A stretch of 64,000 nt of DNA from Desulfobacterales bacterium (GTDB lineage Bacteria; Desulfobacterota; Desulfobacteria; Desulfobacterales; UBA2174), in the NCBI GenBank assembly GCA_963668645.2, contig CAXXWC010000001.1, forward strand, positions 384,001 through 448,000, written 5' to 3'. Both the position numbers and the translations under genes were made by a program. Every line of letters starts with the position of its first letter. Position 1 is the first letter of the stretch. Shown one piece after another: positions 53,201 to 61,832 of the stretch. Under the pieces are notes generated by a model, which was given only the letters and a program-made list of their open reading frames with translations, was not told where the DNA came from and did no database searches.

Positions 53201-54021
53201 ATGAAAAAGATCGCCATCATCGCAGTCGCTATCGTATTCGTTTGCACCGGTCTGGCCATGGCCCAAAGCAATGTTCAGGGCGCCGTGGTCAACAAGTCGG
53301 ATGTTAAGGGCAGCGCCAATGTGGCCGCCGGTGTCGGCAATGCCGCTAACATGGGCACCACGGAAATCGAACAATCCAACGTCAAGGGCGCGGTGATCAA
53401 CAAATCCAATGTCAAAGGCAGTGCCAACGTGGCCGCCGGTGTCGGCAACACCGCAAACATGGGCTCCACCCAAATCCAGCGCTCCAACGTCAAGGGTGCG
53501 GTGATCAACCAGTCCAATGTCAAGGGCAGCGCCAACGTGGCCGCCGGTGTCGGCAACACCGCAAACATGGGCTCCACCCAGATCCAGGGCGCCAATGTCA
53601 AAGGGGCGGTGATCAACAAGTCCAATTCAAGGGCAGCGCCAACGTGGCTGCCGGTGTCGGCAACACCGCAAACATGGGCTCCACCCAAATCCAGCGCTCC
53701 AACGTCAAGGGTGCGGTGATCAACCAGTCCAATGTCAAGGGCAGCGCCAACGTGGCCGCCGGTGTCGGCAACACCGCAAACATGGGCTCCACCCAGATCC
53801 AGGGCGCCAATGTCAAAGGGGCGGTGATCAACAAGTCCAATGTCAAGGGCAGCGCCAACGTGGCTGCCGGTGTCGGCAACACCGCAAACATGGGGGCAGT
53901 CCAAATCAAAGGCGGTACGGTCAAAGGTGCGGTGATCAATCAGTCCAATGTCAAGGGCAGCGCCAACGTGGCCGCCGGAGTGGGCAACGAAGCCAACATG
54001 GGCTCTGTTGTCATCAAGTAA
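53201..54021 (+). CDS. secreted 7 x 36-aa repeat protein (candidate amyloid/beta-solenoid subunit) with a 1-nt frameshift near 53626
   Basis: Sec signal MKKIAII...AMA; repeat SNVKGAVINKSNVKGSANVAAGVGNTANMGSTQIQR; restoring one G in TCCAAT(G)TCAAG joins ORFs 53201-53719 and 53644-54021 into 273 aa; GGGAGG RBS. Confidence 0.85.
53267..54018 (+). repeat. coding tandem repeat, ~108-nt unit x7, with a near-identical 216-nt higher-order duplication
   Basis: Recurring AATGTCAAGGGCAGCGCCAACGTGGCCGCCGGTGTCGGCAACACCGCAAACATGGG. Confidence 0.95.
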
Positions 54022-54039
54022 GCCTGGGCAATATCCACC

Positions 54040-54068
54040 GAGGCCGGCGGCCCATGGCGGCCGGCCTC
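54040..54068 (+). other. GC-rich intergenic hairpin after the repeat gene (possible mRNA stabiliser)
   Basis: GAGGCCGGC / GCCGGCCTC stem with no T-tract. Confidence 0.5.
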
Positions 54069-54099
54069 CCCAAACCGCCTGGGTTTCAGGAGGTTTACC

Positions 54100-54438
54100 A
54101 TGTTCACCAAAATCCGCAAATGCACATGGCCCTTGCTGGGCGCCGCCTTGATCTTCTCGTCTGCGGCGCTGGCCAACGATCTGGACGACGGCATCTCCAA
54201 GCATACCGACGACGCCGTCTCGGGATACGATGAACTGGGCAGCAAGGATCGCAACATAACATTCATCAAGATGAACGCCAAAAGCCAAGCCAAGGTAAAA
54301 TCCAAGGGCGGCACGGTAACGGGTACCAGCAGCGGCACCAACATGAACAGCGTCGTAATGGGGGCCGGTTCGAACATCAAGGGTGATATCATTATCATCG
54401 ATGAATCCAAGGGCGATAAAACCATAATTTCCGATTAG
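54100..54438 (+). CDS. small secreted protein with one degenerate copy of the neighbouring repeat
   Basis: Signal peptide ending ALA; AGGAGG RBS; KGGTVTG...NMNSVVMGAGSNIKGDIII. Confidence 0.8.
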   Translation: MFTKIRKCTWPLLGAALIFSSAALANDLDDGISKHTDDAVSGYDELGSKDRNITFIKMNAKSQAKVKSKGGTVTGTSSGTNMNSVVMGAGSNIKGDIIIIDESKGDKTIISD

Positions 54439-54535
54439 GAGAACCGGCACACACCCTGCATTGCCCTGTTTGACACCATTGCCGCAGCCCAACGACGGCA
54501 ACCCGCAACCCGCGAAATTAAGGACGAGTGCACAG

Positions 54536-55969
54536 ATGGAAAACAACGCAAAACCCAGATTTTTTCATGGTGGTTTAGGCATTGTGTCGATCCTGATGAC
54601 CGCGGCATTGATCCTGACGGGTTGTGTCGGGGATCCGGCCAAGGTGGACGTACAATTGGAAGAGACCGCCCCCGAAGTGAAAGTAACCTCTTACACCGTG
54701 GCCCTGGATCGGCTCGGCTTGATGACCGAGATTTACGATACGGGTATCGTCAAGATCCAGAGCCAGGGCATCGGGGACGACACCGGTACTGCGGCTACCA
54801 CCGGCGGTGAAATCCAGCGCGATATCACCGAGATCATGAAAAGCACACTGAACTCGATCGGCGGAAACGTTCAGTTCATCGAATATGATCCGGCCTTCAT
54901 TCAGAATCAAATGGTCACGGGGTACTCGAACTTCGAAGGAAAATTGATCCCGGACGTGGTGGTCACCGGCGGCATCACCGAGTTCGACCGCGGTTTGGAG
55001 ACCCGCGGTCAGGGAACGGACGTGGGTGCAGAAGCCGAATTCACCGGGATGCCGAGCTGGCTTCCATCGCAGTCGGTAGGAGTCGAATACGGCAAAGACA
55101 ACAAGCAGGGTAAAGCCCGGATCACCCTCGACTTTAACTTAAAAGATTTCAAGACGTTGGCGGCCATCAAGAAAATGACCACCACCAACTCCATGGTGGT
55201 CAACAAAGCCATGGCCAACGAGGAGTTCGGCATCACCCTCTTCGGGCCGACTTTCGGCCGTAAAGGATCAATCAAGAAGGTTCAGGGCCGCCACAACGTG
55301 GTGCGTTTGCTGGTTCAGGTCAGCATGATCCAGATGGTGGGCAAATACCTCGTGCTGCCGTATTGGCGCCTGTTGGGCGAAGATGCGGTCGCCGATGAAA
55401 CGGTGATCCGACATCTGAACCGCAGCTTTTTTCAGATGAGCCCGCCGGAACAGATCCTCAAATGCCAGGAGTTGCTCTATCTGTACGGGTACGATATCCC
55501 GCTCACCGGCACCCTGGATGCCACCACGGTTGCCGCCTTGCAGCAAAAGGCGCCCAACTTCAACCCCGGAGCCGGAATTGTGGATCTGGACACCTTTGTC
55601 CAACTCTACATCAATGTACCCGTAGATCAGACCTGCTTGGGTCGCCGCTTCCAGTTGGCCCGCCTTTATCCCCAGGGAACCGAATACACCGAAATCCTCC
55701 CTTCGGGCAGAACGGTCAGCGCACCGACTGTGGTCGCAGCTCAACCGGCCCCGCGAAAGACCGTAGCCGCGCCGTCCCAACCGGCGGCTCAGACTGCCAA
55801 AGCAGCCCCCAAGCCTGCGCCCAAAGCCACGGAACAGACACCATCCCGGTCCGCGGCCCAGACGGCCGCAGTCAGTTCAGCCCCCGCATCCAAAACCAGC
55901 TCTTCGACGACGTCTTCCAAGCGCAAAAAAGGGATGGTCGGGCGCATGCTGAGTGATGAGGAATGGTAA
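54536..55969 (+). CDS. lipoprotein with a CsgG/HfaB-like domain, a peptidoglycan-binding-like segment and a Pro/Ala/Ser/Thr/Lys-rich tail
   Basis: Lipobox LTGC; PDVVVTGGITEFD, ARITLDFNLKDFKT...TTNSMVV; QELLYLYGY..LTGTLDATTVAAL. Confidence 0.7.
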   Translation: MENNAKPRFFHGGLGIVSILMTAALILTGCVGDPAKVDVQLEETAPEVKVTSYTVALDRLGLMTEIYDTGIVKIQSQGIGDDTGTAATTGGEIQRDITEIMKSTLNSIGGNVQFIEYDPAFIQNQMVTGYSNFEGKLIPDVVVTGGITEFDRGLETRGQGTDVGAEAEFTGMPSWLPSQSVGVEYGKDNKQGKARITLDFNLKDFKTLAAIKKMTTTNSMVVNKAMANEEFGITLFGPTFGRKGSIKKVQGRHNVVRLLVQVSMIQMVGKYLVLPYWRLLGEDAVADETVIRHLNRSFFQMSPPEQILKCQELLYLYGYDIPLTGTLDATTVAALQQKAPNFNPGAGIVDLDTFVQLYINVPVDQTCLGRRFQLARLYPQGTEYTEILPSGRTVSAPTVVAAQPAPRKTVAAPSQPAAQTAKAAPKPAPKATEQTPSRSAAQTAAVSSAPASKTSSSTTSSKRKKGMVGRMLSDEEW

Positions 55970-56036
55970 GAAGGCATCTGACGGCAACCGGTTTGACGGT
56001 CAAACCGGCCGGATTCCATCAAAGGGGTATCGCGAT

Positions 56037-56783
56037 ATGAAGCGCAAACAAATGTTTCGAATTTTCGTATGGATTGCCGGCGCCTCAATGATTTTGGCAA
56101 GCTCAGGTTGGGCCGGCAACAAAAAAATCATGAGCATCCGTGCCGCCAAAGTACTGGCTGAAAGGGCACTGGTCGAGTCGATGTACGGATTGAAGCTACG
56201 CGCCGCCGAAGAGGTCCAGGATCTTGTGGCTTCGAGCTTCGTGGGCTCCACCGAAAGCAAAACCTCTGCCACCATCAGCGGCATCAAGTTCGAAGAGGTA
56301 GTCTACGATCCGGACCGGGATATTGCCAAGGTGACCGCTTCGGCATCCTTGAACAGCATCACCAATATCGACGGAGACACGATCGATCTGCAAGGGAAGG
56401 TATTCCGGCGGGTGGCCTTCGCCACCAGTACACCGAGCAGTGCCGGGGCACTTAGGGCCATGCGGGCCGCCGAACTCGACGCTTACCAGCAGCTCGTCAA
56501 ACAGATTGTCGGCTTTACCCTCGAAAGCCAGACGTCGGTGGAAAATTACATATTGAAGTCCGACTTGGTGAAAACCAAGGTTCTGGCCACCATGTACATG
56601 GCCGAGGTGACGGAATACGGTTGGGACGAAAACGGCGACGCCTTCGTCAAAATGGTTTTGGATGTGGCAAACATCGGCAACATGTTGGGAGAACAAGTGG
56701 TCTCCGGTGAGCAGACCGTCGAAGTCGAGGGGATGGGAGCGGCCACGGACGATTTCAGCAGCGCCAAGGCCGGTCAAAAATAA
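56037..56783 (+). CDS. secreted protein with two LPP20/FlgP-like domains
   Basis: Signal peptide; SIRAAKVLAERALVESMYGLKL and AMRAAELDAYQQLVKQIVGFTLESQTSVENYIL. Confidence 0.7.
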   Translation: MKRKQMFRIFVWIAGASMILASSGWAGNKKIMSIRAAKVLAERALVESMYGLKLRAAEEVQDLVASSFVGSTESKTSATISGIKFEEVVYDPDRDIAKVTASASLNSITNIDGDTIDLQGKVFRRVAFATSTPSSAGALRAMRAAELDAYQQLVKQIVGFTLESQTSVENYILKSDLVKTKVLATMYMAEVTEYGWDENGDAFVKMVLDVANIGNMLGEQVVSGEQTVEVEGMGAATDDFSSAKAGQK

Positions 56784-56859
56784 GTCCGGCATATTTTTTT
56801 CGCCGGCCATTGTTCAAATCACGGTTTCCGCTACCCTGTGGCCTTTTCTAAAGCCCCCC

Positions 56860-56905
56860 ATCCCCTTCCCGCATGGCACGCCGCAACGGTGAAGGGGATT
56901 TTTTT
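56860..56905 (+). terminator. probable terminator closing the repeat-protein operon
   Basis: ATCCCCTTC / GAAGGGGAT stem followed by a T-run. Confidence 0.6.
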
Positions 56906-56945
56906 ACCCTTCTTCGACGCCTTGAAAAGATTTAAAGGAGGTTCC

Positions 56946-57245
56946 ATGAATACCAAAATAATCTGGCGGGAACGGCTACGGTTTTTCCTTTTGGGAATGC
57001 TGGTCCTTACCGGCTTTTTGATGCTTACCGGCGGCGTGGACAACACGCCGCCCATCAATGCCGGCCGCTATCAGCTCAGTGCCTGGTCCGGGGCGCTGGG
57101 GTCCCAGGGCGGCGGGGTGGGGGCATTCGTCATCGATACGGTAAGCGGAGAGGTCCGAACGGCCTACAGCCGTATTTACGGCGCTCCCGGTGAAGGGGAA
57201 CTGATCAAAAACAATCTGAACAGGCCTTTCGCTTCGATGAACTAG
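56946..57245 (+). CDS. hypothetical membrane/secreted protein
   Basis: AAGGAGG RBS, N-terminal hydrophobic helix, GRYQL...FVIDTVSGEV. Confidence 0.7.
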   Translation: MNTKIIWRERLRFFLLGMLVLTGFLMLTGGVDNTPPINAGRYQLSAWSGALGSQGGGVGAFVIDTVSGEVRTAYSRIYGAPGEGELIKNNLNRPFASMN

Positions 57246-57267
57246 CCCGGCACCAAGGAGGGTTTTC

Positions 57268-57939
57268 ATGCTCAGGACGGCAACCATCATGATCGGCCTG
57301 CTGGCAGCGACGATGAGCGTTTTGGTGCATCAGCCGCTGGCCGCCGGCAGCGTGGACTGCGTCGAGGGCAGCGGGGTGGCTCATCAGGAAACCCGGGTTC
57401 TGGCGCCTTTTACCCGCCTGTCTGTCAACGGGGTATACCAGATGAGGCTGAAGATCGGCCCATCGCAACGCCTGGTGATTCGCGGGGATGACAATATCCT
57501 GCCCCATATTCTCACCGAGGTACGCGATGGGATGCTCACGGTACACTGCGATCGCTCTATTTGCATTAAGACGGATCTGCGCCTGGAGATCGATGTGCCG
57601 CAACTGGAAGCCTTGGAATCCGGCGGAGCGGTGGATTTGGAGGCCGCAGGGATCCATGGTCGCCGTTTCGAGCTGAAACTCGACGGCACCAGCAATGCGC
57701 TTGTGTCGGGCCAATGCGAGCGCTTCGAAGCCGCGCTTCTGGGTACCAGCGAACTTCAGGCCGAAGCCCTGCGGGCCAATGACGTCATGATCCGGCTGGA
57801 AGGCGCAGGAAATGCAGCCGTATATGCCGGCCGCCGTCTGGATGCGGTTATCAACGGTTTAGGCACCGTGACCTACGCCGGCCACCCAGTGGAGATCAAC
57901 CCGAATATCAGCGGTCTGGGGGAATTAATCCCCCGCTAG
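57268..57939 (+). CDS. DUF2807 / head-GIN (adhesin-like beta-helix) protein
   Basis: Signal; VEGSG..QETR..PFTRLSVNG, IRGDDNILPHI.TEV.DG.L, repeated xLxGxGx motifs, VTYAGHP. Confidence 0.85.
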   Translation: MLRTATIMIGLLAATMSVLVHQPLAAGSVDCVEGSGVAHQETRVLAPFTRLSVNGVYQMRLKIGPSQRLVIRGDDNILPHILTEVRDGMLTVHCDRSICIKTDLRLEIDVPQLEALESGGAVDLEAAGIHGRRFELKLDGTSNALVSGQCERFEAALLGTSELQAEALRANDVMIRLEGAGNAAVYAGRRLDAVINGLGTVTYAGHPVEINPNISGLGELIPR

Positions 57940-57969
57940 CCCCGTGGCTGTTGCGTCACAAGCAGGGAG

Positions 57970-59607
57970 TCATGTCCGGGGCCGCGATGCGGGGCCGGAA
58001 TTACTACTCCCCACATGGTACATATCAATAGAGCCTTTGCCCTTGACTTCGATTTTTCCTCGATAATCGCAGTGAAAATGGCCGCGCACCAGGTCATAGG
58101 TATAAGCTGAGATGTTTACCCGCCCCGGCTGGGCGGCCGTTTCCATACGGGCGGCGATGTTGACCGCATCGCCCCAGATATCATAAGTGAATTTTCGCTT
58201 ACCCACTACGCCAGCGACAACCGTACCCGAGTGGATGCCGATACGGATGCGCCATTTTATGGCCGAATTCCGGTTGCGGGCCTCGATAAAGGATATCATT
58301 TCCAAAGCGGCACACACGCTCACCACGGCATGATCCGGCCGCCACTGGGGCAGTCCGGCCACGGCCTGATAGGCATCACCAATGGTTTTGATCTTTTCCA
58401 ATCCATGCCGCACGACGATATCGTCAAATGCACCGAAAATACTGTTCAACTCATCCAATAGTTTTTTGGGGGGAATGGTGCCGACGATGACGGTGAAACC
58501 GACAAAATCGGCAAACAAGATGCTCACTTCCTCGTGACGCCGGGGTGTTGTCTGACCGTGGAGGCGCAGTTCACGGGCCACTTCGCGGGGCAAAATATTG
58601 TACAGCAGCCGTTCGGTCTCCTCCTGCTTTTGCTGGAGTTCTGCGGTGCGAACCGCGACGCGCTGCTCCAGTTCACGATTCTTTGCATTGACCAGTTCCT
58701 GTTCAAAACGTACTTTTTCGACTTCTTTTTCCGCCAGGTGGCGCTTCAACCGGGCGATCCGATCCGCAATGCCCAGAGAAAAGAAGGCGACCTGGAAAAC
58801 GATTCCCACCTGGGCCATATCACTGAGCCAAACCTGGCCCGGAACCAGTTCGAGTACACTCAGGCCGTAACAGAATCCGCCGATACAAAAAAGGGTATGC
58901 CCGGCCAGATAAGCCCGTGCCGGCCCGTAGCCGCGACGATGGCAGATCGAAGCGAGCACGATCACGGTCACAAAAACGATCAGGGCCAGAGACGTATTCC
59001 AAATAATCGCTTGCTGGCGCCAGCCTAAACCGATGATCGGTGCACCCAGCATGGGACCGACCACCAACAAAACCGCCAGCAGGCTGAGCCAACGATGGCC
59101 GCGGGGAACGTTTTCAGCGGTGCAAAGAAAGCGTTGTGTAAAACCGATGAAGACCTGGAGCGTCACCATGACCAGAATCCAAGAAAAGATGCTGTCCCAC
59201 CTGGGCCAGGCGGGCCAGAATAGTACGAGGAAATAGTCTTTGACACTCAGGGCATAAAGCGCGGCAAGGATCCCGTAGAGAGCGAAGATAAGGTGGGTTC
59301 GGTCGTGAATATAAATAAATAGTGCCAGGTTGTAAGTCGCCAGGCTGAGGATCAGCCCGGTCAACAGGCCGTCGCTAAAAGAGCGGCATCGGTAAGCGAT
59401 TGCGCCTGTTTCAGGCGCCCCCCGGGAATCGAAATGCGAACCGGTGCCAGGGGCGGACCCACCGGTCTGCCCCATCTCATTATCCGATGCAACGGCCGCT
59501 TGAATGACCACCGGCAGTGCCAGTGCTCCGCAAATGATAACAACCGCCACAGCAGCCGCCAACATCCCGTAGACCGGCGACGATCGGCTTCTGGATCGGC
59601 GTACCAA
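57970..59607 (-). CDS. 7TM-DISM-type membrane sensor fused to a class III adenylate/guanylate cyclase
   Basis: About seven TM helices, LLYNILP, SILFADFVGFT, EKIKTIGDAY, RIGIHSG.VVAGVVG, YDIWGDAVNIAARME; start uncertain. Confidence 0.92.
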   Translation of the reverse strand: MVRRSRSRSSPVYGMLAAAVAVVIICGALALPVVIQAAVASDNEMGQTGGSAPGTGSHFDSRGAPETGAIAYRCRSFSDGLLTGLILSLATYNLALFIYIHDRTHLIFALYGILAALYALSVKDYFLVLFWPAWPRWDSIFSWILVMVTLQVFIGFTQRFLCTAENVPRGHRWLSLLAVLLVVGPMLGAPIIGLGWRQQAIIWNTSLALIVFVTVIVLASICHRRGYGPARAYLAGHTLFCIGGFCYGLSVLELVPGQVWLSDMAQVGIVFQVAFFSLGIADRIARLKRHLAEKEVEKVRFEQELVNAKNRELEQRVAVRTAELQQKQEETERLLYNILPREVARELRLHGQTTPRRHEEVSILFADFVGFTVIVGTIPPKKLLDELNSIFGAFDDIVVRHGLEKIKTIGDAYQAVAGLPQWRPDHAVVSVCAALEMISFIEARNRNSAIKWRIRIGIHSGTVVAGVVGKRKFTYDIWGDAVNIAARMETAAQPGRVNISAYTYDLVRGHFHCDYRGKIEVKGKGSIDMYHVGSSNSGPASRPRT

Positions 59608-59822
59608 GGCTTTATTTCCCTGCCGAATTAAAAATTTAGTGAAAGCAAAGAACTTTGGGTCTGTTCACCGATACATTGACAGCCTTGCACAATAGAAGCA
59701 TTCACGCAAGCGCTATTATTATTTTAGCATTTATTAATTGACGCGATTCGATTCAGACCAGAAGCGCTTTTGGGTCACGTAAGCGGCGGGGATAAAAACG
59801 TGGAAACCGGTCTGCCTGGCGA

Positions 59823-60191
59823 TCAGAAATCCCGGCCCGGAATGACGATGCGGGAACTTTCTTTGGCGCTCTCGGGGGTCTCTTTCCGGACCTGCTCCAG
59901 TTCGGAAATCATTTGCTGCAGTGCGACTTGCATCGTATAGGGATAGGCATCGAGGGCTTCTTTAAGGTTGTTGGCCTGCAAAGGAGCCTGTATCGGCAAC
60001 GCCCCTTCGGGAGTCAGAATCTGGGTCGTTCCGATAAATATCGGTGTGCGGCTCGGATCCGGACTTCCGTCGGCATGCACCGGCACAAGCCGCCGTACGG
60101 CTCCGGATTGCAGATCGGTATAGCTCTCCTCGATATAAAGATTCTCGGTATTGAGCGTGAAATTTATGTTCTCGGCAGGATCTTCTTTCAT
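59823..60191 (-). CDS. conserved hypothetical protein
   Basis: NLYIEESYTDL..GAVRRLVPV..DGSPD.SR..IFIG, C-terminal SRIVIPG; start at MKEDP. Confidence 0.75.
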   Translation of the reverse strand: MKEDPAENINFTLNTENLYIEESYTDLQSGAVRRLVPVHADGSPDPSRTPIFIGTTQILTPEGALPIQAPLQANNLKEALDAYPYTMQVALQQMISELEQVRKETPESAKESSRIVIPGRDF

Positions 60192-60350
60192 CGGTTCACT
60201 CGCTTGTCTTTGGGTTTGATGGGACACGGCCGCCAAGTGCCGGCCAGAAATCAGGCATCACAGTGTGGCGCGTTAAGACCGGTCGCCCGACCGGCCCAGT
60301 GCAGAAAATTCATGGAATCCATCGGCTGATCTGCTCGCCTTGGGCCTCGC

Positions 60351-60605
60351 TTAACGCTTGGAGGTTCTAAATTTTCTCAGATTCAAAAGGATATAGCCGC
60401 GGTGCAACCAGATATGGATGCCGATGGCGACCAGAAAGAAAAAAGCGCCGGTTCGATGAATGTTATGCAATAAATGGCGCAATCCCTGCACCGCAGCCCC
60501 GCCCCCGTGAGGCAGAAGCCATGCCGCGACTCCGGTCAGCACCAGCAGAAGCAGAAGGATAAAGCTGACCAGATTCACCAACCAAATCTCCATTCCCCCT
60601 TTCAT
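60351..60605 (-). CDS. DUF4405-like small membrane protein
   Basis: Two TM helices, LTG, conserved-looking His residues in NIH and IHIWLH; AGGAG RBS. Confidence 0.7.
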   Translation of the reverse strand: MKGGMEIWLVNLVSFILLLLLVLTGVAAWLLPHGGGAAVQGLRHLLHNIHRTGAFFFLVAIGIHIWLHRGYILLNLRKFRTSKR

Positions 60606-60724
60606 GGAAAGACTCCTTTCAGATGTTGCGAATCTGAATCACTCTGTGCTCCAGCGATTTCAGGTGCCGCTGCCAGAAACGGCAATCAGCACCCATTTTA
60701 TCAAAGACGACCTGTTACACCGGG

Positions 60725-60760
60725 TAAAAAAGCCCTCCGGTCTTGTTCACCGGAGGGCTT
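60725..60760 (-). terminator. rho-independent terminator of the cold-shock gene
   Basis: AAGCCCTCCGG / CCGGAGGGCTT stem with an A-run on the left (U-run on the minus strand). Confidence 0.8.
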
Positions 60761-60791
60761 CCAATTTTAGAGTACGATGGCAAGATCCTGA

Positions 60792-60995
60792 TTAAAGCTT
60801 CTGGACGTTTCGGGCAGCCGGGCCGCGTTCGCCATCGACGATGTCAAAGCTGACGCGATCCCCTTCGGCAAGCGTCTTGAAACCGCTGCCGTTGATAGCA
60901 CTGTAGTGAACGAAGATATCCCCCTTGCCATCTTCCTGTTCGATGAAACCATACCCCTTCTTGTCACTGAACCATTTCACAATCCCATTGGCCAT
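60792..60995 (-). CDS. cold-shock protein (CspA family)
   Basis: [39 protein letters not shown]. Confidence 0.97.
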   Translation of the reverse strand: MANGIVKWFSDKKGYGFIEQEDGKGDIFVHYSAINGSGFKTLAEGDRVSFDIVDGERGPAARNVQKL

Positions 60996-61196
60996 CTTAC
61001 TACACTCCTTTCATGGTGGTTCCACTGCCTTTGGCAGGCACGCCATCATACGCAATAAAACCCCAATTTTCAAAGAGCCCTACCTTCTGCTTTCTTAAAG
61101 CCGAAGCAGCGTATGATGGCCCTGCAGCGCCAATTAAAACGCTTTATTGGCATTTGCGTATCATATACCATTCGCGGAGGCAAAGCAAGACTGGAG

Positions 61197-61832
61197 TTAG
61201 TCCGTCGGAAGGTCGTCGGAAGATGCCACCAAGCTGTTGTACAGTCGACTGACCGATTGCGGCCGCCAGCGTCCTTTTCCCGAAAGCGTAGGAATGTCTT
61301 GGTCGTTCAGATATTGTGCGATCTGTTCGAAACTCTGATCTTGATCGCGTTGCGCGATGATCAGCTCGCCGGCTGTTTGACGCGGATTGGGTTTTCCAGG
61401 CGCGTCGGCCACGGCATCACTATCATTGGATGCTTCAAGATCCGGTTCATCCGGTTCCGTCTCGATTTCCACAGTCCCGGCCGTTTCTGCTGCTTCAGCC
61501 GAGACATCTTGGGGCGTATCTTCCACGACCGCGTCTGTCGGATTGAACTGCCTGGCGATGGATTCAAGCGCTTCTGCCTGTCGTTCGGCAGCTTTGGTCG
61601 AACGTTCACCAAATTCCACCAAACGCCGCTGTTGTTCAAGCAGTCCCTCAAGCAGACGTTTGATCGGCTGGAGCTGGTCGGCGTCGCTCGTTTTGCGCTG
61701 GGGGGCACCTTTGCGATCCCTTCCAGCAAACCGGTCGTTGGGCCGGTACTGATTGTCGAACGGCTTGTTCCGGTTGCGATCGAAGCGTTTGTTTCCTTGA
61801 TTGCGTAAATTGTGTAAAAAATTGTCGGTCAT
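61197..61832 (-). CDS. hypothetical protein with coiled coil, acidic linker and C-terminal recombinase-like HTH
   Basis: SFEQIAQYLNDQDIPTLSGKGRWRPQSVSRL; AGGAGG RBS. Confidence 0.75.
   Translation of the reverse strand: MTDNFLHNLRNQGNKRFDRNRNKPFDNQYRPNDRFAGRDRKGAPQRKTSDADQLQPIKRLLEGLLEQQRRLVEFGERSTKAAERQAEALESIARQFNPTDAVVEDTPQDVSAEAAETAGTVEIETEPDEPDLEASNDSDAVADAPGKPNPRQTAGELIIAQRDQDQSFEQIAQYLNDQDIPTLSGKGRWRPQSVSRLYNSLVASSDDLPTD

Noticed and set aside
53267..54018. Regular DNA repeats as a possible CRISPR array
   Set aside because: Units are contiguous 108-nt coding repeats varying mostly at codon third positions; there are no unique spacers and no cas genes
53275..54546. 423-aa minus-strand ORF and other antisense ORFs over the repeat locus
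   Set aside because: Shadow of the plus-strand repeat gene, which has the RBS and signal peptide
61197..61832. Serine recombinase / mobile element
   Set aside because: Only a short recombinase-like HTH is present; there is no catalytic resolvase domain and no flanking repeats
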